A DNA stretch of 64,000 nucleotides from Selaginella moellendorffii (GCF_000143415.4 NW_003314268.1:201117-265116); one strand, 5' to 3'; counted from the first letter of the stretch, positions 13,583 to 24,829 are shown. Made by a program: numbers and translations. Notes: a model not told the origin generated them from the sequence alone.

Positions 13583-16500
13583 TCAAGGGTTTACCAAGCA
13601 GAGCAAGGCGATCGCGAGCAGCGCCATCAGGATGAAGACAACGCCGCCGCACGCGCCATTCCTACCAGCGATCAGCGACTCCTCCCACGGCAGTATCGCA
13701 TTCTTCTGGAGGTTATCGCTCGGATGGCTTCTCCCGGCGGATTTGAGGCGCTCCAGCACCAGCGGGAACACGTCCCCGTGCGAATGCTCTCCGATCCACA
13801 GGTCGGAGTGTCCGTAGTCTTGAATCACGATTCGAGCGTGGCTGAGTCCAGGGTGATGCCGCTTCATGAATCCGTGCGCGCGGAGAGAGGTCTCTGGAGT
13901 GACGAGAATGGGGCGGCCGCCGGAGATATACGTGGTGTGGACTGCTAGCCTCTCCGGATGAGCCATGTAAGTCTCGTTTTTCCCCTCGTTGTCTACTACG
14001 TGTCCCGCGAGAACGATTTTACGTGCGTGTGGCAATGCTGCCATTGATAGAGTTTGCACTGCCTGCTTGGTCAACCAGTTGTGCGTTTCCAGTCTGACTT
14101 TCTCGTGCCAGAATGTGTTGCCGAATATTCCTGAGAAAACATTGCATTCGTCACAGTGGCAGCGCTCCGTGCGTGGTATCGCTCGAGCAATTGCGCGGAG
14201 TAGCTTGTGTCGCCACGACATCGGTTCTTCTTGCGGAGGACTTATTGGTATGACGAGCTTCTTTCCCAGGATTGTCATAGAAATCTGTAGTAGATAAACA
14301 ACAAGACGTAAGTCTCCTTTTTTTTATGGCTAACGCAAAAACTACTTACAGGAATGAGAGGCAGAGTCAACTTGACGAGCGCTGATGGAACCAAGTTGAA
14401 GAACATGGACGAGTTTGTGCAAATCAGTGATGCTATCGACGATGGAGGTATGTATCCACCCATCAAGCTCATGTGAATTGAGAGTCCCCCCATGCAATGA
14501 GCAATAACGTGTGCTGCTACCGGCTTTCTCTTGACGTGGCTCATCTTTGCAAATGCTGTAAAATTTTCCAGCATTAAACTTTCTCGGTTTTTGACAGAGT
14601 GCACATACCGGCTGGAATGTCGAACCGAGCGACATCATCGAAAGTGAAAGAAGTTGGGGTCGGATGCGATGGATGGAAACGTGTTTGCAAGAGCCAAGGT
14701 TCATAGTCATTCTCTATAAGTGTTCTTACGATGTCGTGGTTTTCCGTAGGGACACAGAAACTCTCTGTGGCATAACCATTGAGAAGCAAAACAATTTTGA
14801 AGTTCTCATCTTGAGCAGCACCCTTCGAGCACCATTGCTTGCAGGTAATGCGGGCACCATCTCCTGCACAAGAAATCTGTCACTGCCTGCGTAAAAGAGT
14901 CAAGTCTGTTTTTACCTGTGGCAATCTCATGAAGCACATAGCTTGGATAGTTTTCGGTCGAGTCTTCTGGTTTTGCCATTTCCCGGCTTGTCGCTCTCGG
15001 TGTTCTCATCAAGTACGTCCTAGCAAGTGTTTCCAGGAGTCGTCCTACAAACTCCCGCTTCCTTGGCCCTCGTAACAATATTAGGGACTTAAGTAACTCG
15101 GGAAGAGTTACCCGCACTTTTCCTTTCAAGGCAATCGGTCTTGGTGAGTCCTGCTGAGCTCGAAACAACGATATGTAGTGTGGTTGCATCAGAGTAACAC
15201 ATTAGGCCGCTCATGAATGGTCGCATCTCTTTCCTTCCGTCCAAGGTATACCTTCAGAAACCATAGTTTTCAATGAGATCAGATTGACAGAAGAAAGGAT
15301 AACTTACCTGGTGCCTGTGTTTGTTGACAGAAGCAGGTGATAATGCATATACTGAGTGAAAGGAGTTCTTTCATCGACATGGCACATATCTACGTATCCG
15401 TCAACCACATAAAGTGGGCCTGGTTCCAGCGAAGGAATAAGAACATCGCCTCCAACATATCCACGCAGCAGGGGGTGACTATCTCCAAATGTGAGATTAC
15501 ATGCAGCCCTATCCTTGTCTTGTCCCATATGCATCACCAATCGCAGCGTGCAAGGAGCTCCTCCAATATTTCCTGCCAGTTTTTCGTGGATAATGACGTG
15601 GCTGCTCTCAAGCCGCGAGTTGAGGTATGTCCTTGACTTGAAATCACTGAGATCGCCAGTCAATACCTCGTGCTGAATATTTTTTGACAGGTAGTTGTGT
15701 GCGTCGTGGACAATTCCATTCGCAACTCTCTCTGCAACTATAGAGATGGTGCTGACCGGATTCAATCCAACGGAGCATGGAATCAAAGAGGCATCGCAGA
15801 CGTAGAGGCCAGAATGAACTTTCGTTGGCTGATTCAACTGATATTTGTTCTTCTCAGGGAAGAAAACCTGGCCGCTTGCGTTTGTCACGCCAGTGGATGA
15901 GTCTGGTGCTGCGTTGCAACCTCCCAAAAGATGAACTGTAACACTTCTGAAGCGACTCATGTATAGCTTCCCACGAAGGCGGGCTGCCAACCTTTCAGCG
16001 GTCCGAAGCTTCTGGTGAAAAAGTAAGTCCTTCGCTGCACTGTATTCCAGTCTTCCTGTTGCCTTGTCTAGCTTGATTTGCCCGTCAGCAGCGTCATATC
16101 CCATCATATTCAGGACTAGAGCTTGGCTGTTTTGCATTCCTGTCCATTGCTTGATGTGTTCCCATATACCAACAAGGAATCCGTAGTCATGCTGGCCATA
16201 AGTAATCACTCCCCTCAGTAAAGTCTCGGGAGTTGCTCGAGGAATAGAGGATCCCTGTAAGAGTGTTTAGCTTAAGTGTTTTCAAGGTAATATTACCTGT
16301 ATGGTAAAACCAAGTGATGATGTGTGTGAACTTGATATGACTGGTCCAGGACGTAGCTGCATGGGAGTCCTTGAGAACTCATTTTCTCTTAGTCCTCGAG
16401 CTTGAGTTTGTGCAGCTGTGCCTGTTATGTAAGCGATATTATTTCCATTGGAGCTAACTCCGTGCCCCAACTGTTGGGACAGTTGTAGGCCTCGCTCTTT

Positions 16501-17537
16501 TGATCTCAGGAGGATCTCGTTCGTGCCAAGAACACCAGCTGAAGTAGAAAAGGGATGTTAGCGACGAAAGATCAAAGCGTTTACAGGGTGGTACCAGCTA
16601 GAATGACGTAGTCTGCTGAAATATAATTCACTTCATTCAGGTACACACGCCACCTTCTAGTAACTACTGATTTGCAATTTGCTTCGTGATTGCAGGGTTG
16701 ACAATTAAATTCTTCTGCGTGGCTAGAGGTATCCAAGATGAACATCACTTCCGTCTGCGTGCAAATTCTGGCTCCGGCCTGCACATACGATTTCCGTAAG
16801 AAGATGTGCCTTCAGTTTTCGCTGGAAAAGTACCTGTGCGGCTAGTTCGAGGTAATTTTTGTCTGTTGAGCTCTTTGCATTGTACCTGCATCCTGATAGA
16901 CAGTTACCGCATGAAATACATTCCTTTTGTGTAACTCCAGCAGCATTCTTCCTCTGTTTGAAACTTATTGTCAACTTCATGGAATCTTTTGCTGCATCTT
17001 CGATCTCGTTTGCAATTTGGTCTAGCACTTTGGACTTTGGCGGCTCATTCTGAGCATATTCCGGCTCCAGAATGCTGTGGGATTGTGCTTCATATTTCTC
17101 CCAGTCTTCCTCCCACTCGCTTGGCCATTTTGGATGCTTTCGTGCTCTTTTCGGTGTGGGCATTATAATGCCAGCATTCACTAGTGAGCCTCCTCCCAGT
17201 CCTGAGCCAACTAGTGCGATCGAGTCTCCGTTGCTGTGCACCTGCAAAAATGGACTAACTGTGTCATGTGTTTGAACACAATGCGGTGACTCACCTCATA
17301 AAGAGCATTCCTCTTTCCTATTCTTCCAAACGGAGTGAAAAATCGCATATTGGAAATCAGCTGCCATGGCGTTGCTGGAAACTCGTGAGGATCCCATCGT
17401 CTTCCCTTTTCTAGAACACACACACGGAGCCCCGCTTTTGCAAGTCGATAGGCAGCAATTGATCCTCCGTAGCCCGATCCAACAACAACAGCATCGTATC
17501 CGACTTTGATGGTACACTCAGCTTGTGTTTGAGACAT
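13583..17537 (-). pseudogene. GMC oxidoreductase-alpha/beta-hydrolase fusion, copy 3, with +1 frameshift at about 15164 (pseudogene, truncated oxidase-only product, or assembly error)
   Basis: All motifs of copies 1-2 are present (AHCMGG here). It has GTTGTTTCGAGCTCAG where copy 2 has GTTGTTCGAACTCAG, i.e. one extra T, which gives TAA at 15091-15089. Confidence 0.8.
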
Positions 17538-18446
17538 TCCTACTGTGCTTACAGGCTTTCGAATGGGAAGACTGGACTGGAGTACCTCTTATCAGAGTAC
17601 GCAGGTGGATTGCTTATATAGTCATCACTAACACACATTCTTTTATGCACATTTTTCTTTACTGATCCTGTTAAATCAATCCAGGGCTTAAGCGACTAGC
17701 TCAGGACTCGGACAGTGCCATAAATCGACAAGTTTCAATTGCCATTACGTGTTGGACGTTTATGCTGTATCCATAACGCGGAATTTCATGGTCTTTTGTG
17801 TTGTTACAGGCTTTCAATCAGCCTCAAAAGACCAGCAAGTGGCCAAAGACGCGTGTACAGTGTTTTAAACATCTTAGCTGGATTCAGTATTGGAAGAGTA
17901 TTCGTTTACTTGGTAGCGCTATACTATTTCAGAGTTATTTATGGTAAGCACGACCTGAGAAAAACTCGAAAACAGTACCTTTTGAGTTAAACAGGGCATT
18001 TTCTTTGCTATCAGCATAAAAAATTTCACTTCGTCAACACGGGGAATGGTATGAATGGGTAGAAATTTGGCTTCTTGAGAAACCATCACTGCATACTTGC
18101 CCTTCCCTTGCAGACCTGACCACTATTCAAGTCACGCCCAAGTTATGAAAATTTTCAAGCAGGGCATAAAACTAGACCAGATTCGCTTTACTTGACCAGA
18201 CGGTCTTTCTTTCTCAGATCAAACAGCGGGCGTCAACAGCGTGGAACGAAAAGCTTGAAAAGAAATTTGTGGAACGAACTAGCTTCCAGGACGGATCCAC
18301 GAGTCCTATAAACATGGAACACTTTGGAACAAACATTCTCATTCAAAGGTCTGTAAGTCTGTCTCTATGTTCATGGAAGGGGGTGGAACATTCACAAGAC
18401 TACCAAAGTTTTATTAATTAAGATAAACAGTCAACTTTGGTCAAAA

Positions 18447-18850
18447 CGCAGGCTAGGGTTGCTCATCTTGCCGCTGGCTTGGCGGGCGCTAGCACTGCGA
18501 TCGACCGCGGGATCTCTAGGCTCCCTTCCCTGGCCAAATCCGTGCCGATCGGGAGGCGCCGGGAGAATGCAGGGAAGATTTCGGCCATGGCGGACAAGGT
18601 ATGAGCGGAATTTCTAGCAAGATAGCTAGTGATGGAGTGTTTTCTCTGCAAATAGGCCGGAGAAGCAACGGATCGGAGCGTCACTCATCCTGTCTCGTTC
18701 TCAAGAGTATGAGATTTTTTCCTTTTCTTCTCTTGTGCTAACATTGTTTCTTCAGGGGTGAAACGTTAACTTCCATAGCCCGCCAATACAGCACTTCTGT
18801 GCAAACTATCGCTCTAGCAAATAAGATTGACGACATTGATTTGCTACAGA
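18447..18850 (+). pseudogene. Truncated duplicate of the LysM-domain gene
   Basis: Matches 24832-25258. The ATG is lost at a deletion junction (ggtcaaaacgcaggctagg), exon 2 has a deletion, and homology stops inside the LysM domain at ttgctaca. Confidence 0.85.
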
Positions 18851-18859
18851 CAACGGCAC

Positions 18860-19060
18860 TAGCGAGCTGGCGTGATCGAGCAGAGACTGGCCGGAGGCGC
18901 TGGCAGAGGTGCTGAGAGAGGGCTGGCTTGAGGCACCGAGCGGTACTGGAGCGCTGAGTGAGGCGCTGGTGTGCGAGAGCGGCCTAAGGCGCTGGCAGAG
19001 GCGCTGAGAGGAGGCACCGAGCAGAGACTGCGCTAGGGTGCTGAGCAAGGCGAGATGATA
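18860..19060 (+). repeat. GC-rich degenerate short-unit repeat (gaggcgctggcagagg / gcaccgagc)
   Basis: Repeated gcgctggcagagg, gctgagag and gaggcaccgagc units immediately after the LysM truncation. Confidence 0.6.
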
Positions 19061-19768
19061 GCCAAATCGAGCCTGGCCATCTTAGAGATGGATGGTTTGA
19101 AAGTTTGATCGATCGATTGGATCCATTTGCGTGGTTTTATAGCACGAATCCTTATAAACTAGTAGTATTTGTAGGTGCATGGCTTTGGGAGCGCCAGGCA
19201 AAGGTCGTGCGTTATATTTTTAGGTAGACCTAACCCTAATGCTCTGTGCTGGGCACTTGACACTGGCCAGAGGTCATAGAGGCTGCTGGGACTGGACAGA
19301 GGAGTGCGTATGGAGCGTTGAAGTGTTGTCCAAAGGCAAGCGAGCAAAGGCAATGCTGAGCACTGTGAGAGGGCAGGTGTTTCCTGAGAGGGAGATCCTC
19401 CATGGGATGATTCAGGAGGTAGAGAGCCATGGGTTCCAAAGAGGCAAAGCTATAGGTTTCTGAGAGGGAGACAGATTCATGCCATGGATACACACAAAGT
19501 GCTTGGATGTAGAGGGAGAGTGATCTTAGATTCATGTCATCAAGATCAAGTGAGAGTGTTAAGATTTACGCTCTCTATGATGATCCTAGGTGGCACTCCT
19601 GCCACCTCAGTTGATCATGTATATATATAAGCTATAATGTTATATTTGATTATCCTTGTCCATCGTAGCTCTTCATTGAGAAGCTCTCGCTCACTGAAAA
19701 CAAGACGAGAGAGAATTTGTAGTTTTCTCGTTTCTCGTTCGTTTTTGCAGCAGGAGAGCTGAGACAAG

Positions 19769-20500
19769 ATGGAGGCTTGGTATATGGACGACTTAAGTTA
19801 ATATCAGCGGCAGCCGCATCACCTCAACCCAGTCCAGCTCGTTTAAGCTCGCAGGTTTTCTGTGAGATTTCTTTGTTCTGTCTCACCTTGGAAACGCTTT
19901 GGTGCCCTGGGTGTTTTGCACTGCAATCTTGACGCAGATCAGTACGAGACCGACTCAAAGCTACAGGAGATACGAAAGAAGCGAGGATACTCATGTCAGG
20001 TTTGGATCGGAAGAGACGAGCAAAGCTACAGTAATTTGCAAAAAAAGCTTACGTTGATTTCTTTGTTTCACACAGGATATCATCACCGTGAGTCCGGAGA
20101 AGCTGCCAAACTACGAGCACAAGATCAGGAGCTTCTTCGAGGAGCACATCCATCTGGACAAGGAGATCCGCTACTGCCTCGATGCAAGCGGTAACTAGCA
20201 AACTCGGCTTCCAATTTATACCAAAAGCGATAGTAGTAAGTGAGAAGAACAGCTTGATGGAAGTATCGTTTGACAAACGCAGGCTACTTCAATTTTTGCG
20301 ATCAGTGGATATTTGGGTGAAGAAGGGAGACATGATCGTACTTCCTGCTGGAAGCTACCATCGCTTCACTCTGGATAACAACAATTACGTCAAGGTGGTA
20401 TTGAGATCACACACGAATTTATCTCCTGATGCTTCGGTTTCGAGCAGGCAATGCGTCTCTTTGTGGGAGAACCAGTTTGGACGCCACAGGACGAGCAACA
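19769..20500 (+). pseudogene. ARD: Acireductone dioxygenase pseudogene
   Basis: Near copy of 26925-27717 with TAA at codon 11 (ATG GAG GCT TGG TAT ATG GAC GAC TTA AGT TAA), several deletions, and an altered HLDEEIRY motif (HLDKEIRY). Confidence 0.9.
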
Positions 20501-21847
20501 TATTCGTATCATACTCCGTATCACAAGGCCGTTTGTTGGTGCCAGGAAACAATTGCACCACAGTGAAGTGTTTATAAATCATTGACTACTTGGCTTTGTA
20601 TTGATTATTAAATAGTAATAATAATAAAGATATATGTATAGTGTTTCTTTTGGAGGCTATGTCAAAACGCTCACTTAGATCCTGGCCAAAATGCCTTCAT
20701 ACGATAGAGAAATGAATCAGGTCTGGCATTTACGGTGAAAGCCCAGTTGCGGCATCTGGTGTAGGTGGTGGGTTTGCTAGAAAAGGGGGGCTATCTAGGC
20801 CTACGCAAGGTCAATCTTTCATAGGATCAATGAGGGAAATCCACTTGTGGTTTGGAGTTGTCCTGACGGGCATACAGAACAGTATCTATTCTGCTTGTTT
20901 GTAACTTGTCACTCCCTGACATTAGCATGATCAATTCTCTGATCTACATTGAAGATTTCAACGAGACTTGCTTCTACGGAAATATGTTATTAAAATCTGC
21001 AGCAATCATAATATTCTATTTGAAGTATAAAGAAAGAAAACATTTATTTACAATAAATATGTAGTGACATTCATAGCACTTTGGAGAAACACCAGACTTA
21101 CCGATTTTCTGGAAGAAGTTTGTGATGCCTGACCACCAACCACAAAGCAACACCTACAACTGACATCCATGCTATCACAAGGAGATTCAGAGAATGAACT
21201 CCAAACCTCCACGAGGGTGGTTTCTCCACTGCTTTCTTTGAACAAAGTCAACTAATAGAAGGGAAGGAAGTTCTCTACAGTAGCATATGAGCAATGCATA
21301 CAGTAAATACAGTGGTGAACATACTCCCAACCACGGAATGTATGGGGCCGACATACGGGACTATAATTGCAAAGAAACAGATCATGGAAATAAGCAGTAG
21401 CCTGATTCATGGAATCCCAACCATTTCTCCCACACCAAGTATATCGGATCGCAATGAATCCAAACTGCATGAACTGAACCAATCAAGCAGCCGAATTTGA
21501 GCTTCTCCCACTGGTAAATCATCATCAGAACAATTGAAGTAGACTGTCTTGAACTGCTTTGGTTTCCTCATTGCATCAGTGATTTCACTGTCATGATCAG
21601 AAGTTCTTACCATGGTATCCAAGCGAAAAACAGGGACCTTCTAAAGCATTCATAAAGAATTGATCATGAGCGGTGGCGTCTTAACATTGAGAGGGCCGAG
21701 TTCCCGGAGTATGAGAAAGCTTCCGTCTGATTCCTTCGGATTGTTTTCAGTCAAGCACCGATCTGATTTCCTGGGATTGTTTTCAGTCCAGCGCCGACTT
21801 CGTCCTCCAAATAAACCTTTTCGCGCCAATTTTAAATTCCCCTCATG

Positions 21848-21880
21848 CGCCGTGGGGTTCGAACCTACGACCACAAGGTT
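21848..21880 (-). pseudogene. 3' half of a tRNA-Lys-like sequence (anticodon 3' stem, variable loop, T arm)
   Basis: Minus strand AACCTTGTGGTCGTAGGTTCGAACCCCACGG closely resembles the plant tRNA-Lys(CUU) 3' half as I recall it (AACCTTGTGGTCGTGGGTTCGAGCCCCACGG). No 5' half or D arm is found upstream. Confidence 0.65.
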
Positions 21881-22970
21881 ATAAATTGAAGATGCACAAG
21901 CATGGGCTTATATCGACAATCAGATTATAGAGACTCACTAGGAACACACTAGTCCTTTTTAAGAACAAACACACAATTCTCCACAAGGCATCTCCATAAA
22001 AACCATGGCGGCAAAAACTGATGTATATCCGCGGCGAAACAAATCGCCGTGCTGCTTGGATGAGCACGCCCTCATGCCATTTCCCTGGCCCTTTGGAACT
22101 CACTTTCACTGGTGCCATCTTGGTCTAAAAGAAAGCTATCAAAATTTAAAGTTCTGAAACAGAGGAGGATCGCTGCCGCACGTAGATCCCGCATTGCCTC
22201 AAGCTAATGCTCGATTGGATGGATCCATTTCTTTTTTTCTCGCGTGGCTATGGAGTCGTGAGCTGATGGCTTTCTCGATCTAGGTCGAAATAATGATTCT
22301 CCTGGCCTCTTCTAAAGAAAGTGCTCTCGTTTGCCATCCAAACAGCAAGCACGAGCTTCTATGTGTTCGTTTAGGCTACTGCTCTCTTGAGATGCAAACA
22401 AATGCTTTTATCGAGTGAAACCGCAAACAAATTTCTACTTGTGTTGATCAAGACCGATCTTTCTTCCCAAAAAGCGTGCCAGATATATTGCAGCCAAAGA
22501 TCATCATCGCTACTGGATTCATCCCGAGAATGTTTGTTAAAGATCATCATGAAACCTCTTCTTCGTTGCTTTAGTTCATCTCTTGCACTCCAGGCTTCAG
22601 ATCTCAAGACTTCCATTAATTTTCTACCTGGAGTGATCATGGAGGTCGGCCAATTAACACTCTATTTGAAGGACTCATTGCTTTTATGTGGGGACAAAGC
22701 GATACTTATAATCCAGGCTATTACTAAGTCTGAAATAGCAGCTCTTCCAATACCCAGTCGCATGCCCAGTTTCTTTGGCAAGCTCGTGTAAGTGGGTCAA
22801 CCACACAGTATAACCATTCTTTGAAGCATAATTTAAAAGGGACAATGTGAAAGAGAGCTGTGATATCAATCTAAGTCTCTGACCACGCGATCTTCTGGCT
22901 GCCCGGCAAGAGGTTAGAAACAAAACTCCGATATTTCGTTCAAGTCATAATAAAGCTCTTTCATTCAGCT

Positions 22971-24215
22971 TTAAATGCCTCGTTGCTCAACATTAAATAC
23001 CTGAACTGGTTTGATAAAGCTAGCTCGCCGACTAGGCTGTAGAACTAGAGTAATCTCTATGGCTTTCCTCGTAACCTCCTCATTTGCCTCGCGTTCATTT
23101 CTCTGCCCCCATATGAGCAAGTATAAGCCGAAGATAATCGTGAGCCCTCCCACCAGAGTTCCCAATCGCAAGCTTTCCTTCAAGAAGAAATAGCTTAGAC
23201 ACGCCGTGATAATAGTTTCCAGTGGTTGATACGCTGCCACTACCACCGGGCCTCCTTCTTTCACCGCCCACGATTGAATCCCTGATACAATCCCCGATCC
23301 AATTACTCCTGCGTAGACGATGCTCAGAGCTTCCCCGAGTTTGATGTTCGTCCACAAGCTCCACTGTGGCTCAAACGCCGCTCCAACCACCGGGAGCTGG
23401 ATCACACTCGAGAGGCACGACATGGAAGCGAAAGTTACTGGAGCTGGGAAAGATTTGAGTACTGGAGCCTGGAGGATGAGAAAGAGCGCAAAAGAGAGGC
23501 CCGATAGGAGGAGAAAGATTGCTCCCAGATGCCATGAAACCATCTTATAGTGGACCTCGCCAGTGAAGAAGTAGAGTACATGGCTCTCCACAATGTTGGA
23601 GACGATCGCCGACGAGCCTTGATCATCCTTGGTGTGGAAGACTGCGAATTTGCCCTCGAGAACAACGGGACCTCTGTAGATCGACAAGATGATTGAACCA
23701 ACAAGACCGATCAGCGCTCCCGAGAGCTTGGCGATGCCATGCCTTTGTCTCAAGTCAATCTTTTCCAGCTTGAAGAAACACGCAAGAACAAACGTCATTA
23801 TAGGGATGCAGTTGCGGATGGTCGATGTAACCATGACCGACGTCAAACCCAGGCCGACCAGGTAACAAAGCTGGTTCATCGTCACCCCCAAGAACCCTAG
23901 GAAAAAGAAGTAGAAAACCTCCTTGAAAGTGAGCTTCCTCCAGTTCTTGCGCTCGAAGATGATTCCAGAGATTCCCAACACGATGGTGGCGAGACAATTC
24001 CTGTAAAACGTGAACGCCGTCTTTCCCACGCCTTGGTCGAGAGCTACTCGGCTCAAAACTTCGAATCCAGCAAAGAGAGCTTGTGTTGTGCCAAGTGAGA
24101 GATAGAGCCTCAACTTTCCAGCACAATTTTGTAGAGAAGAATTATCGTTATTCATACTCCTTCGATCGTTGATGTCTATGCGTAACTCTTGTGGTGTTGT
24201 ACAAACCACAGCCAT
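22971..24215 (-). CDS. WAT1-related / UMAMIT (MtN21, EamA-like) transporter, intronless, copy 1
   Basis: 414-aa ORF with about 10 hydrophobic helices. Motifs YRNCLAT, FFLGFLGVTMNQ, IPIMTF, AKLSGALIG, YAGVIGSG, GPVVVAAYQPL, GLYLLIWG. Confidence 0.93.
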   Translation of the reverse strand: MAVVCTTPQELRIDINDRRSMNNDNSSLQNCAGKLRLYLSLGTTQALFAGFEVLSRVALDQGVGKTAFTFYRNCLATIVLGISGIIFERKNWRKLTFKEVFYFFFLGFLGVTMNQLCYLVGLGLTSVMVTSTIRNCIPIMTFVLACFFKLEKIDLRQRHGIAKLSGALIGLVGSIILSIYRGPVVLEGKFAVFHTKDDQGSSAIVSNIVESHVLYFFTGEVHYKMVSWHLGAIFLLLSGLSFALFLILQAPVLKSFPAPVTFASMSCLSSVIQLPVVGAAFEPQWSLWTNIKLGEALSIVYAGVIGSGIVSGIQSWAVKEGGPVVVAAYQPLETIITACLSYFFLKESLRLGTLVGGLTIIFGLYLLIWGQRNEREANEEVTRKAIEITLVLQPSRRASFIKPVQVFNVEQRGI

Positions 24216-24829
24216 TATCCAACAAAGGGAGAGGAGCTTGATGAAAATCCTTCAAGATTTCTAGGGCTTTTATATGCTAACTCAAATGCCGTGTTATGGA
24301 TGCATGAACGTCCAACACGTAACTTGTTACTCATAAGACCACCTTTTTAACCGAGTACTGAGAGTTAAACACAGTGCATTTTCTTTGCAGGTAGTCAAAA
24401 AGGTAGAACTTGACTATCTGAGAAACCATCACTGAATACGGCCACTATTCAAGTAAAGCCCCGCTATTTGATTATTGATACCTTGACTAATTTGAAAGAA
24501 AGACCGTCAACGCAAATCTGGTCTAGTTCTATGCCGAGCTTGAAAATTTTCAAAACTTCTAGTCAACAGCGTGGAACGAAATTCCCATGGAAGGGACAAG
24601 AGCTTGAGAGGAACGAATTAGCTTCCACAAGTCGGATCCACGAGTTTTATAAACAGACAACAATGTTTCTCATTCAAAGGTATGTATATGTTCATGGAAG
24701 TCCTTGTAAGGAGCAAGTTTTGGTGGTACATGGAAGTTATATTAATTAAGATAAATGGTCAAATTTGGTCAAAACGTAGCCGTTTGAGATGAAATTCTTT
24801 TACGCAAAGCCCTAGCTCGGTCTCGCGCT

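Larger units (their letters stand above)
17995..24277. repeat. Tandem segmental duplication, unit 1 (LysM pseudogene, ARD pseudogene, decayed ORFs, WAT1)
   Basis: Collinear matches to 24377-36400, e.g. gagaaaccatcactg...ccactattcaagt at the left end and atgaaaatccttcaagat.tctagggcttttatatgc at the right end. Confidence 0.9.

Noticed and set aside
4530-17537. Bacterial contamination as source of the cholesterol-oxidase-like genes
   Set aside because: All three have GT-AG spliceosomal introns at shared positions and are contiguous with plant genes.
18860-19060. Repeat units as a possible CRISPR-like array
   Set aside because: Units are degenerate and irregular with no constant repeat/unique spacer structure; eukaryotic context and no cas genes.
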